Shown here in pieces: positions 1 through 8,739 of a DNA stretch of 64,000 bases. This DNA comes from Actinobacteria bacterium UBA4426 (lineage in GTDB: Bacteria; Actinomycetota; Actinomycetes; S36-B12), in the NCBI GenBank assembly GCA_002390705.1, contig DGQA01000005.1, positions 52,623 through 116,622 on the forward strand. The letters are read 5' to 3'. The notes beneath the pieces are model-generated. The model did not search any database. It had not been told where the DNA came from and saw only the letters and a program-made list of their open reading frames with translations. Both the position numbers and the translations under genes were made by a program. Numbering within the stretch: the first letter of the stretch is position 1; each line of letters starts with the position of its first letter.

Positions 1-114
1 GGTTACCTTCTTAATGGCCGGCGGCCCTGCAACGGTGTACGGGCCTCGGGCCTACTCTGCATTCTGTGAATTTGCCGAACCCAGCGGATAGCTCCCGATG
101 AAAGGTAATCCCAC

Positions 115-840
115 ATGAGCGGGAAGATCGCCCTCGTTGGCAGTGGGGAGTACCTCCCGGGCATGGGAGAACTGGAATCGTGGTTACTTGAAGATCGCCC
201 GCGTACCTACGTACAAATCGCGACGGCAGCCGCTCCCGAAGGTGAAAGGTCAATTGCCCGATGGCATGAACTCGGGGAGGAAGCTGCCCAGCGGTTGGAT
301 GCCCAACAGGTGGTCATCGACATCCGAAATCGCACAGATGCTGACAACCCGAAAATTGTGGAAGCCATTGCCGGCGCCGGACTGATCTACCTCTCTGGCG
401 GCAACCCGAACTTTCTGGCGCACACCTTGCGCGAAACCCTTGCTTGGAAAAGCATCCTCGAGCAATGGCGCGCTGGCGCATCTATTGCCGGCTGCAGCGC
501 AGGTGCGATGGCTTTGTGTGGCTACGTTCCTAATTTCCGCCACCCGAAAGAAGGTGGTGAATCAGGACTCGGATTGGTTTTTAACGCACGAGTGATTCCA
601 CATTTTGATCGCTATAGCCGCTTTATTCCTGACTTTGCGCTCAAGCCTTTACTTACCGATGGACAACAAATAATTGGCATCGACGAAAATACTGCCCTCA
701 CCAGTAGTGGTCCCGGTGAAAATCACGCTCGCGAATGGGCGTTTCGTAGCGTGGGCCAGGGCTCAAGTTGGCGCATTGAAGCAGATCGTAAACATCGAAT
801 TAATGGTGCCATCCAACTCTTGGTCGACACCCATGGATAA
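115..840 (+). CDS. Peptidase S51 / type-1 glutamine-amidotransferase-like protein (cyanophycinase/peptidase E-like)
   Basis: 241-aa ORF. It has the nucleophile-elbow-like motif AGCSAGAMA typical of S51 enzymes. Its stop overlaps the next start (ATGGATAA). Confidence 0.55.
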   Translation: MSGKIALVGSGEYLPGMGELESWLLEDRPRTYVQIATAAAPEGERSIARWHELGEEAAQRLDAQQVVIDIRNRTDADNPKIVEAIAGAGLIYLSGGNPNFLAHTLRETLAWKSILEQWRAGASIAGCSAGAMALCGYVPNFRHPKEGGESGLGLVFNARVIPHFDRYSRFIPDFALKPLLTDGQQIIGIDENTALTSSGPGENHAREWAFRSVGQGSSWRIEADRKHRINGAIQLLVDTHG

Positions 841-1537
841 ATTAATTACTCAGAATTCCATCTCTGAGTTTCCCCAGACCCAATCTTTGCGCCGCGGGAT
901 TCGAACTTTTAAACCACGCCGCAGCCGGATCACAAAATCTCAGCAATACGCGGTCGACAATTCTCGAGAACTGATCATTGATTTCCAAAACGAATTTCTG
1001 AATTGGCCCCACCAGCCAATACCGCTCTATCTTGACATCGGTTTCGGCAATGGCGTGTCAACCCTTGCCTTCGCCCGCCAAGATCCCGAATCAGCTTTCC
1101 TTGCAATCGACGTTCACACACCCGGTGTAGGGGACCTACTGTCCAAGCTTCATGAACGTGAAATCACCAACGTGAGGGTTATGGAAACCGACGCAATTGC
1201 CGTGTTAGAGAACATGATCAGGCTGAGATCCCTATCGGGTGTTTACACACTATTCCCAGATCCTTGGCAAAAAGCCCGGCATCACAAGCGTCGAATCGTG
1301 CAGCAAGGGATTCTGGACCTCATGCACTCGCGCCTCACACCCGGTGGTTTTTGGCACATTGCAACGGACTGGTCCCACTACGCCGAATCCATTTCTGAAC
1401 TCTTTGCGCAGCCATCCAATACAAAAAAGTGGAGTCGCAGCAATCAGACGAGGCCAGAACGAGCCGTAACCCGTTACGAAGAGCGGGCAATATCTGAGGG
1501 ACGAGCCGTAACCGACTTTCATTTCTTGGTCAACTAG
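833..1537 (+). CDS. trmB: tRNA (guanine-N7)-methyltransferase
   Basis: Contains the TrmB signature FPDPWQKARHHKRR and the SAM-binding DIGFGNG. The start is taken at the in-frame ATG at 833 (MDKLITQ), which overlaps the upstream stop. The longer track ORF from 674 would overlap the previous gene by 167 nt. Confidence 0.85.
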   Translation: MDKLITQNSISEFPQTQSLRRGIRTFKPRRSRITKSQQYAVDNSRELIIDFQNEFLNWPHQPIPLYLDIGFGNGVSTLAFARQDPESAFLAIDVHTPGVGDLLSKLHEREITNVRVMETDAIAVLENMIRLRSLSGVYTLFPDPWQKARHHKRRIVQQGILDLMHSRLTPGGFWHIATDWSHYAESISELFAQPSNTKKWSRSNQTRPERAVTRYEERAISEGRAVTDFHFLVN

Positions 1538-1596
1538 AACATGAACTCCCAAAACCTACTCAATGAATCTGCCCCGGCAATGTTTAGACTGTCGAC

Positions 1597-2496
1597 ATGA
1601 TCGATCTGGAGACTTTGAGCCATCTGTATTCCGCGCACTCGGATTCGTTCGCGAGCGAAGTCGCCCCGTTAATGATCGGGGAAAAGATATTCGACCGACC
1701 CGCTCTGATGGCGACGGTGAACTTGTCTCCGGACTCCACCTACCGGGAGAGCATCGCCCACAGCACCGAATCGGCCGTACGAAAGTCCCGGGTTTATTGG
1801 GCGCAAGGAGCCGATGTGGTCGATCTTGGAGCAGAGTCCAGTACCGCAAAAGCGTCACGTGTGGGCGTGAAGGAACAGATCAGCGCACTGGTCCCGGTCA
1901 TCGAGGAGCTCAACGCGGACGGCATCTCTCTCTCGGTTGAGACGTACGAACCCGAAGTGGTGCGGGCTTGTCTGAGCGCCGGGGCCAATGTGGTTAATTA
2001 CACTGGAACCACTCACCAGGAGGCGATTCTCGATCTTGCCAGCGAGTTCGGGGCCACCGTCATCCTGTGTTTCGTGAAGGGGGCTGATGTGCGTGAAATA
2101 ACTGATGTTGACCTAGATAATGATCCCATTCCTGGAATATTCGACTATTTTTCTCAGCGAATCGACTCAGCTAAGAAGCATGGCGTGGCCAAAATAGTCA
2201 TCGACCCGGGCATGGGCTTTTACTATGGGAACCTCGTGGATCCCATCACGCGTGTGAGACACCAAACCAAGGTAATTCTCAACTCTTTCCGCTTAAAAAG
2301 TTTGGGGTATCCGATCTGCCAAGCACTCCCACATGCTTTCAATCTATTTGAAGATGAATTCCGTACTGCTGAAAGCTTCTTTGCCGTAATCGCCAGCCTG
2401 GGTGGAGTGGACCTGGTGCGGACACATGAAATTTCCAAAGTGAACTCGGTGTTAAAAACAATGCAATTGGAAACGGTTCTTTCCACACGCAACTAG
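1597..2496 (+). CDS. Dihydropteroate synthase family (pterin-binding domain) protein, FolP-like
   Basis: 299 aa. It has the VNLSPDS (NvTPDSF-like) N-terminal motif, VVDLGAESS, and IDPGMGF, in the order typical of DHPS. I cannot tell whether it is catalytic or a FolP2-type paralogue. Confidence 0.6.
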   Translation: MIDLETLSHLYSAHSDSFASEVAPLMIGEKIFDRPALMATVNLSPDSTYRESIAHSTESAVRKSRVYWAQGADVVDLGAESSTAKASRVGVKEQISALVPVIEELNADGISLSVETYEPEVVRACLSAGANVVNYTGTTHQEAILDLASEFGATVILCFVKGADVREITDVDLDNDPIPGIFDYFSQRIDSAKKHGVAKIVIDPGMGFYYGNLVDPITRVRHQTKVILNSFRLKSLGYPICQALPHAFNLFEDEFRTAESFFAVIASLGGVDLVRTHEISKVNSVLKTMQLETVLSTRN

Positions 2497-2529
2497 CGAA
2501 CGCGCATGCACTCCGCGGCGCTGCAGGCT

Positions 2530-2877
2530 CTATCCCCAGAACGCGTCCACAACAATGCTGTCTTGTGTGGATAGTGTGAGACGATCTATTTGGTAATCCA
2601 TTGTGACTACTTGCGCCTCGCCATCGATGAAACCCACCCGCCAGGTGTAGCCGCTGGCCTCGATCAGTGCGCCTGCGTCCTCTAGTGTTATTTCCGAGGC
2701 AACTAGCTCCTGCTGAAATTTTAACTGCTCCGCTGAAAAATCGGTGTTTTCCGGTGCGGTCATGGTCCCGCTCGGCTCGACTTCACCACTCTCGCCGGAG
2801 CCACTGGTGCTGCAGCCGACTAGGCCGACCGTTGTCACAAAAAGTATTGTGCTCAGACGAAGTAAGATTTTTTTCAT
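2530..2877 (-). CDS. Small secreted lipoprotein, peptidase-inhibitor I78-like C-terminus
   Basis: The start at MKKILL is preceded by GGGGAGG. It has a lipobox-type signal peptide (LVGCSTS). The C-terminus (VVTMDYQIDRLTL...D) resembles the I78 inhibitor motif (vTmDYr.dRLni). Confidence 0.45.
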   Translation of the reverse strand: MKKILLRLSTILFVTTVGLVGCSTSGSGESGEVEPSGTMTAPENTDFSAEQLKFQQELVASEITLEDAGALIEASGYTWRVGFIDGEAQVVTMDYQIDRLTLSTQDSIVVDAFWG

Positions 2878-3076
2878 TGAGCCTCCCCAGGTTAATGGAC
2901 AGTTTCGTGCTGGCAACTACAGATTCACACATCACTTTACACCCATCACCATTCCCCAATGAAATGAGTTGTGTAGACCTTCGTGTGAGTGCGGGTCGAT
3001 GCTCTAATTAACCACCGCCGATTGGCCGGCATCTGCCCCGCACCTGCCTTGTTGGTGCTAGTGGCACACTGGGGAC

Positions 3077-3268
3077 ATGAGTGAAGAAGTCAAGAATCCC
3101 CGGTCTGACGCTGACGAACAGCGCGCCAAGTTCAAAGCCGCCCTCGATGCAAAAAATCACAAGCCCGGCCACACTGGTTCGCATCCCCATGCGACCGGCG
3201 CAGCAGCGAAGGACCCTTCCGGCCGGTCAGGTGGCAAACGCGAATTTCGCCGCAAGAGCGGGGGCTGA
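3077..3268 (+). CDS. DUF5302-like small basic protein
   Basis: 63 aa. The N-terminus has a KFKAALDAK motif and the C-terminus has KREFRRKSGG. This pattern is characteristic of the actinobacterial DUF5302 family. Confidence 0.6.
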   Translation: MSEEVKNPRSDADEQRAKFKAALDAKNHKPGHTGSHPHATGAAAKDPSGRSGGKREFRRKSGG

Positions 3269-3421
3269 CCACCTCAGGCTAGGTCCCGAGATTTTTGGCC
3301 ACCGGTCTTCGAATCGTTTACCGAAGTAGATCAATTCGCCACAATTCGCTCGATATCTCTCACGTATGCACAACTAAGAAATGTGTCGTCCGCTTCACAT
3401 GAAGGAGTTGTTCAGTGCGCT

Positions 3422-3459
3422 CCCACGGTGGCATCGTGCGTGGCAGAGTCTGCCGATCA
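3422..3459 (-). repeat. Copy A of a 38-nt structured repeat abutting a stop codon
   Basis: It is 34/38 identical to 7228..7265. On the minus strand it reads TGA-NN-GGCAGACTCTGCC-ACGCACG-NTGNCACCGTGGG. It contains a GGCAG/CTGCC hairpin and an overlapping CCACG/CGTGG hairpin. Confidence 0.8.
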
Positions 3460-5865
3460 CGGAGAAACCCAGCCGAATAGTTCAGAGGGGTTTGTGATCA
3501 GGGCGCCACTAGGCAAAATCTCCGACTCAAAGTACGTCCCCGCCGGGATGCCGCTCGGTAGAGCGAGAGATAGCGTAAATTCACCGTCACCCATTTCGTC
3601 AAATGAGGCATAACCTCTTCTCCCTTCTATATAAACGTGTGGATTCAGTTCAAGAAACTGCTCTTCATATTCCCGGGGTATGTTTTGGTAGACAAACATT
3701 GCCTCAAAACTGGCATCAAGCACATCTTCGGCGGCCCGAATAGTCCAAGTTAACACACCGCCGGCCGGAGCCGCAGCTTGCGCCTGGGTAATACGAGCCG
3801 TCGGGATCGAAACACCAATCGGCAACACGATCAAGCGAGACTCACTGTCCGCGACACTCATCCCTGACAAGGGGTAAAAATTTACTTTTGCCAATGTTGG
3901 GCCAGTGGATGTGAAAGGCATCGACACAGAAACCGGTATCGATGCGAATCGCGAACCAGGAGTTACCGTTCCCACACCAGACTGGGGCTTGACCACATCA
4001 CCTCCGTGAGAAATAACATAGGCGAAAGTGCCACCTTCGCCTGCGGGGGTGTCAAGAGAGACTCGAACCTGGGAAGTGCTCTCACCCGGGCCCTTCGTCA
4101 CGGTCAGATCTGTCAGAGAGGCGGCTGGCAGCAACTTGGTCGACTTTGGCCGATTCGGATTGCGTGCGCTGACATCGAGGAGCCAAGCGTCACCTGGGCC
4201 CGACGCACGTAAACCCACGTGCGTGATCTTTTTTAAATTAAGAGGTCCCGTTTGTGTTAGCTCACTCACGATGCTCTGGGGCCACATGCGAAACGCAAGT
4301 CCGTGGGAAGTGACTGCGTGAGACTTAACAGTTGGTTGCAGTTGCGCCTCACTACCTGATTCGTCGCGAAGAACAAGAACTAGATCGGCGGGAGCTGGCG
4401 AAGAGACAACTACACGAGATGACACGTGTGTCGCGCCCGACAAATCTTTTACTTCATCAAACGAAGCCCAAGCCGTGCCGGCGCCTTCCCATTGCGTTTG
4501 CACTGCGAATCGTGTCGGAAGCAAAAGCGGAGGATAAGCGCCATTGGTCAGCCATGCGGTTGCCTGATTTGCATTGCTAAATTCAACCCCTACATTTGCA
4601 AAGCCTGAGGCACACACTTTCTGTATCGAACTCAAGTTGCTGCCGTTGCATATGAACGTCTTCGCACCTGACGCCTCTAAGTCAGTATCTGGCGTGGGTA
4701 CAAGAATCAAGGAGTCCGGACCACCGAAACTCGATGATCGCATGTCAATACCAAGCTTCTTTGTGGCCGAAGGGACTTTCCCCGACCCGTCAAAGAAGCT
4801 CACGCCAGAATTCTTCCCACCTTGAATCATTCGGTTGAACGCTCGCAGGTAGTCGCGGCCAACAATTCTTTCTTCCCCGGGTGTCAGCCGCAGCTCCGCT
4901 TTACAAGACCCATCGACTGACGGATCGGCGTACACGCGCAGTGCATCATCAGCGCCGGTGTTGGAAATTGATGATCCAGGTGTCCACTCAGTGTTGAGAT
5001 AATTATGGTTGCCGCCGGGCATCCAAACTGCAGACTGCAGCTGCGCCCAATAACCGTATAAATCTCGCGCACGATCCACATAGCTTTGACCAATTTGGTT
5101 GCTTACATCGCCATCACAAGCTGGTAGCAGTGTTGCGACTGGGATATTGCCAACAGCCTGCTGACTGTTATTTACGGGAGCAAAATTAAGCACACCTTTA
5201 ATGCTGAGCCTCGAATCCCGAGAGCCATTTATAGATTGTGCAGCGTGCATCACACCTTCACCTCCGCGACTGTGCCCCATTAAGACAGTACTTCGGGAAT
5301 TAACGTGACCTACAAGTCGTGATCCGTAGCCTTGCTGCGATCCTGAATTAGCCGCCGCCAGCGCACCAAGGTGATACTCGACCAAAGCAGCACGCGCGGT
5401 CATTTCTACGGCATTATTTGCGTTTGCCTGACCATTGATGCCGTTTGCGCTGATGCTAATCACGATGTTCCCCTCGCGGGCGATGTCCTTAGCCAAATAC
5501 TGATACCCCATATGAGACGGCACGGGAGTGAGTTCCGCTGGATCGGAACACCAAGCGGGTACAGGATTGGGTACGAGATTGGGTACATCGCTACTGGCGT
5601 AGCAAAAGTCATGCTGGCCATGCAGCAGAAGAACAACCGGATGGCTCCCAGGTGCCACGCGGCCTTTCTGCGTCGGTACGGTCACGACCGCGACATCTTC
5701 AACCGGCAAAGGCAACCCCACATCCACAGCATTCCAGCCGTTTTCAATTTCAAAAACCATGGTGCCCCACGTTTCCCGTGCGTTGGCGGAAGTTGAAACC
5801 GATCCAAAACCCAGAAGCGCCGCACACAATGTCAGACAGAGAACTTTTCGTAAATTAACGGCCAT
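3457..5865 (-). CDS. Secreted alpha/beta hydrolase (lipase/esterase-like) with a large C-terminal region of unknown function
   Basis: It has a signal peptide (MAVNLRKVLCLTLCAALLGFGSVSTSANA). It has a GHSRGG nucleophile elbow, followed by ACDGD and GGNHNY as candidate Asp/His triad members. About 450 aa at the C-terminus carry no motif I recognise. Confidence 0.6.
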   Translation of the reverse strand: MAVNLRKVLCLTLCAALLGFGSVSTSANARETWGTMVFEIENGWNAVDVGLPLPVEDVAVVTVPTQKGRVAPGSHPVVLLLHGQHDFCYASSDVPNLVPNPVPAWCSDPAELTPVPSHMGYQYLAKDIAREGNIVISISANGINGQANANNAVEMTARAALVEYHLGALAAANSGSQQGYGSRLVGHVNSRSTVLMGHSRGGEGVMHAAQSINGSRDSRLSIKGVLNFAPVNNSQQAVGNIPVATLLPACDGDVSNQIGQSYVDRARDLYGYWAQLQSAVWMPGGNHNYLNTEWTPGSSISNTGADDALRVYADPSVDGSCKAELRLTPGEERIVGRDYLRAFNRMIQGGKNSGVSFFDGSGKVPSATKKLGIDMRSSSFGGPDSLILVPTPDTDLEASGAKTFICNGSNLSSIQKVCASGFANVGVEFSNANQATAWLTNGAYPPLLLPTRFAVQTQWEGAGTAWASFDEVKDLSGATHVSSRVVVSSPAPADLVLVLRDESGSEAQLQPTVKSHAVTSHGLAFRMWPQSIVSELTQTGPLNLKKITHVGLRASGPGDAWLLDVSARNPNRPKSTKLLPAASLTDLTVTKGPGESTSQVRVSLDTPAGEGGTFAYVISHGGDVVKPQSGVGTVTPGSRFASIPVSVSMPFTSTGPTLAKVNFYPLSGMSVADSESRLIVLPIGVSIPTARITQAQAAAPAGGVLTWTIRAAEDVLDASFEAMFVYQNIPREYEEQFLELNPHVYIEGRRGYASFDEMGDGEFTLSLALPSGIPAGTYFESEILPSGALITNPSELFGWVSP

Positions 5866-5975
5866 GATAGGAGAGGTTATCCCAGACGGGCTAGGTCGGC
5901 GAGCCGAACTTGAGCTTGCCAAATTCTTCAGCAGGGGGAATGTGATGCCAAGATAATGTTTCTACTCTGAGCAGC

Positions 5976-5997
5976 CCTTAGTGGAGATGCCGGGAAT
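5976..5997. repeat. att-like direct copy of the tmRNA 3' end
   Basis: ccttAgtggagatgccgggaat matches 7808..7829 (ccttTgtggagatgccgggaat) at 21/22 positions, in the same orientation. Confidence 0.8.
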
Positions 5998-6014
5998 GCA
6001 GTTGCGATAGTGGA

Positions 6015-7061
6015 CTAGATCACGCGACCTACGCCGCTGAATCGCTCTTTGTACCAAGGGCCGAGAAAGTCAATAATCTCCACTCCATCGCTCGGGTTTG
6101 AGGCACTGACCATCTTGCCGCCGCCAATATAAATCGCTACGTGGTGGGCCCCGCGGCCAAAATAGAACACCAAGTCGCCCGGTCGAATGTTGCTTACCGG
6201 AACACGTCTGGTCTGGTCCCACTGAGTGAAACTAAGTGGGGTAAGTCCTACTCCACTTTTACCCCAGGCAGCGGTCGTGAGTTTCGAGCAATCCCAAGAG
6301 TCAGGTGGTCGGGCGCTAAACGAGTAGGGCTCGCCAACCTGTGCCAACGCATACTGCACCGCCAACCGTGCACGTTTACTCCCCGAGGAACCCGCCGAGC
6401 CAGAATTAAGCCGACTGAGTTCTTCTGCTGCAGCACCAATCTGAGACTGGCGACGATCGCCGGCAATTTTGCTCAGCCGTTGTCGTTCCTCGGCCTGGAG
6501 CCCAGAGAGAACATCTTCTGATGCCGACAGTTGTGCATCCACTTCTTTTTGAGCAGATCCCATTTCGCCACGCACTTGCTGAGCTCTCGCTTCACGCTCG
6601 GTTATCTCTGCCTCAGTTTGGGCTATTCGAAGGCGTGCGGTCCGGGCTTGCACTAATTGTGCGAGTTGTGTTTGTTCGAGTTGACCCATCGTCGCGGCTT
6701 GAGCTAAGAATTCATCGGGATCTTCTGCCAAGAGAAGTTGGAGGGTGGAGTCGATACCACCGGAGGTGTACGCCGCTCGGGCAATGTCATTGATCCTAGA
6801 CATAGCGACACGCATTTCGGCGCGCTCACGATCGGCACGTTTCAAAATTGAGTTAAGGTCGGACTGAATTTCTTTCAGTCGCACTTGCGCTCGGTGCACC
6901 AACTCAGCCGCTGCACCCGCCTCCATTTGAAGTTCACGCACTTGCTGCGCCACCTGCTGGAGGTCTTTGCGGGGGGCCGCGACAGATATTGACAAAGAAC
7001 CGAACAGTAGAGCCGAAACGGATACGCATACTCCGAACGGAACAGCGAATCTTTTTTTCAT
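6015..7061 (-). CDS. NlpC/P60 (C40) peptidoglycan endopeptidase with N-terminal coiled coil (RipA-like)
   Basis: The start is at MKKRFAV with a signal peptide. A long Q/E/A/R-rich coiled-coil region follows. The C-terminus has NlpC/P60 motifs (DCSKLT...HVAIYIGGGKMV). Confidence 0.8.
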   Translation of the reverse strand: MKKRFAVPFGVCVSVSALLFGSLSISVAAPRKDLQQVAQQVRELQMEAGAAAELVHRAQVRLKEIQSDLNSILKRADRERAEMRVAMSRINDIARAAYTSGGIDSTLQLLLAEDPDEFLAQAATMGQLEQTQLAQLVQARTARLRIAQTEAEITEREARAQQVRGEMGSAQKEVDAQLSASEDVLSGLQAEERQRLSKIAGDRRQSQIGAAAEELSRLNSGSAGSSGSKRARLAVQYALAQVGEPYSFSARPPDSWDCSKLTTAAWGKSGVGLTPLSFTQWDQTRRVPVSNIRPGDLVFYFGRGAHHVAIYIGGGKMVSASNPSDGVEIIDFLGPWYKERFSGVGRVI

Positions 7062-7227
7062 GCCTGGGAGCGTAACATTCCTGTAAAAATTTGGATGAGA
7101 ACGCCGTGACGGTTGTGTGAGCTTGCTACGGGACGGCATACTCATTCCCATTGTTCCATTTTTATGGATCGAGCTGCATTAATCATTCTGGGCTGCCAAC
7201 AATTGGTTTTCGCTGAGGAAGTCATTA

Positions 7228-7265
7228 CCCACGGTGCCAGCGTGCGTGGCAGAGTCTGCCACTCA
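7228..7265 (-). repeat. Copy B of the 38-nt structured repeat abutting a stop codon
   Basis: See 3422..3459. It lies immediately 3' of the TspO stop codon and within the 5' leader region of the NlpC/P60 gene. Confidence 0.8.
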
Positions 7266-7772
7266 CCCGTTCAGGTGCAGGTATCCCCAGGACAACGACG
7301 CAGCCAGCGCCACCCAGATCTGGTAGGGCAGCAAAAGTGCACCCAACAGCGGGCGGGTCAAGAACGCGATGATCACGATCGGAACAGTGAGAACCGCCGC
7401 GGAGCTGAGGGCGATCGCTGCCGGCGCAAACTCGTGTGGCACGTAGAACAAGTACGCCCACGCGAGCGCCGAAGCGATTGAAGCAGCCAAAAAGAAAATC
7501 AGCACCCCGACGCGTGGCGGCACTGCCCGCCACACCACCACCGATGAGACCACTGCCAGCGCCACGAAGTTGTAGGTCCAGATCAACCCGAACACCGAGG
7601 GTGGCGGCTGCCAAGGTGGTTGTTCAAGACTTCGGTACCAGGATCCGTCGGTACCCACCCACACCCCGGAGAGCACTGCGTAGGTGATTATTGCTGCGAT
7701 AACTACCCCAATGGCAAAAAGCCGCCAAGCGGTGCTGGGACCAGATAATGTTCGCTCAGGCATCTGAACCAT
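7263..7772 (-). CDS. tspO: TspO/MBR family tryptophan-rich sensory protein
   Basis: It has the WYRSLEQPPWQPP and FGLIWTYNF motifs and five predicted TM segments. The track ORF extends to 7916 but would run into the tmRNA. ATG 7772 or ATG 7763 are the plausible starts. Confidence 0.8.
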   Translation of the reverse strand: MVQMPERTLSGPSTAWRLFAIGVVIAAIITYAVLSGVWVGTDGSWYRSLEQPPWQPPPSVFGLIWTYNFVALAVVSSVVVWRAVPPRVGVLIFFLAASIASALAWAYLFYVPHEFAPAAIALSSAAVLTVPIVIIAFLTRPLLGALLLPYQIWVALAASLSWGYLHLNG

Positions 7773-7807
7773 TCTTCCGTGAAGACAACCGAGCGGTTGA
7801 TGGCACA

Positions 7808-7829
7808 CCTTTGTGGAGATGCCGGGAAT
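7808..7829. repeat. att-like core at the tmRNA 3' end (partner of 5976..5997)
   Basis: It covers the last 16 nt of ssrA plus 6 nt beyond it. Confidence 0.8.
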
Positions 7830-8181
7830 CGAACCCGGGTCCGTGCAGGATTTTTCCGTCCTTCTACGTGTGTAGCTGCGCTGTCGCTTTCTCGGCCCCC
7901 GCACTACGTGCAGCACTTTGCGGTGGCAGCCCAGTTACTGTTTGGTTTTCCGCCTGTCTCCGTAACCGAGACGATTGGTGAGTCCCCTAGCGACGTCAGA
8001 CCCCAATTCGAGGACGCATTGGGCTGACGGCTGATTTATCGGTTACGCAGCGAGTGCGTAAGCGTCAGCAGACTGCTTAGTTTTGGCAGTTATTTGTTTT
8101 TAAGGGTGTTTAACGAGATCACCTTAAATTCTCGACACGCTTCTCCGGTTAAACGACTGAACGTCGAAACCTTTCATCCCC
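7814..8181 (-). ncRNA. ssrA: tmRNA (SsrA)
   Basis: On the minus strand the 5' end is GGGGATGAAAGGTTTCGACG. The 3' end is GGTTCGATTCCCGGCATCTCCA, a tRNA-Ala-like acceptor with G3:U. The terminal CCA is not fully encoded (CAA follows). The internal tag frame at 8043..8087 reads GCC AAA ACT AAG CAG TCT GCT GAC GCT TAC GCA CTC GCT GCG TAA, giving AKTKQSADAYALAA*. smpB is adjacent. Confidence 0.95.
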
Positions 8182-8196
8182 TATTTACTTATAGCC

Positions 8197-8673
8197 CTAT
8201 TCTAACCCCTTCGACCGTCTTCCTACTAATCGCTGGGTTTCACGCTTGGATTCACGCTCAGCAATTGCTTGCCGCTTGTCATAGCTCTTGCGCCCACGGG
8301 CGACAGCAATCTCTACTTTCGCATAGCCGTCTTTGAAGTAAAGAGAAAGTGGAACCAGGGTCACACCGGTGTCTTTGGTGGCTTGTTCAATCCGCTTAAT
8401 TTCATCCTTGCGCAGTAGAAGCTTGCGGGCTCGCCGTGGTTCGTGATTAGTCCAGGTGCCCATGGAATATTGCGGAATGTGAATCTGACGCAGCCAAATA
8501 GCACCGTTCTCGTACTGAGCGAAACCATCAACCAAACTCGCTCGGCCTTGCCTCAGAGACTTCACTTCAGTGCCGGTAAGGACCATCCCCGCTTCGTAAA
8601 CGTCCTCGATCGAATAGTCGTAACGAGCCTTTTTATTTTGGGCGATCAACTTTTTGCCGGTTTCACGTGCCAT
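8197..8673 (-). CDS. smpB: SsrA-binding protein SmpB
   Basis: 158 aa. It has the typical N-terminus [34 protein letters not shown]. Confidence 0.95.
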   Translation of the reverse strand: MARETGKKLIAQNKKARYDYSIEDVYEAGMVLTGTEVKSLRQGRASLVDGFAQYENGAIWLRQIHIPQYSMGTWTNHEPRRARKLLLRKDEIKRIEQATKDTGVTLVPLSLYFKDGYAKVEIAVARGRKSYDKRQAIAERESKRETQRLVGRRSKGLE

Positions 8674-8739
8674 AAGCTGCTGCCTCCCATTCGGGTGTGC
8701 TCGGGATCGGGCTCACACCCAGCACCGCATTGGGCACCT

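Noticed and set aside
7773-7916. An N-terminal extension of the TspO ORF.
   Set aside because: It would be translated through the 3' part of the tmRNA gene. The TspO hydrophobic core begins after Met 7772/7763.
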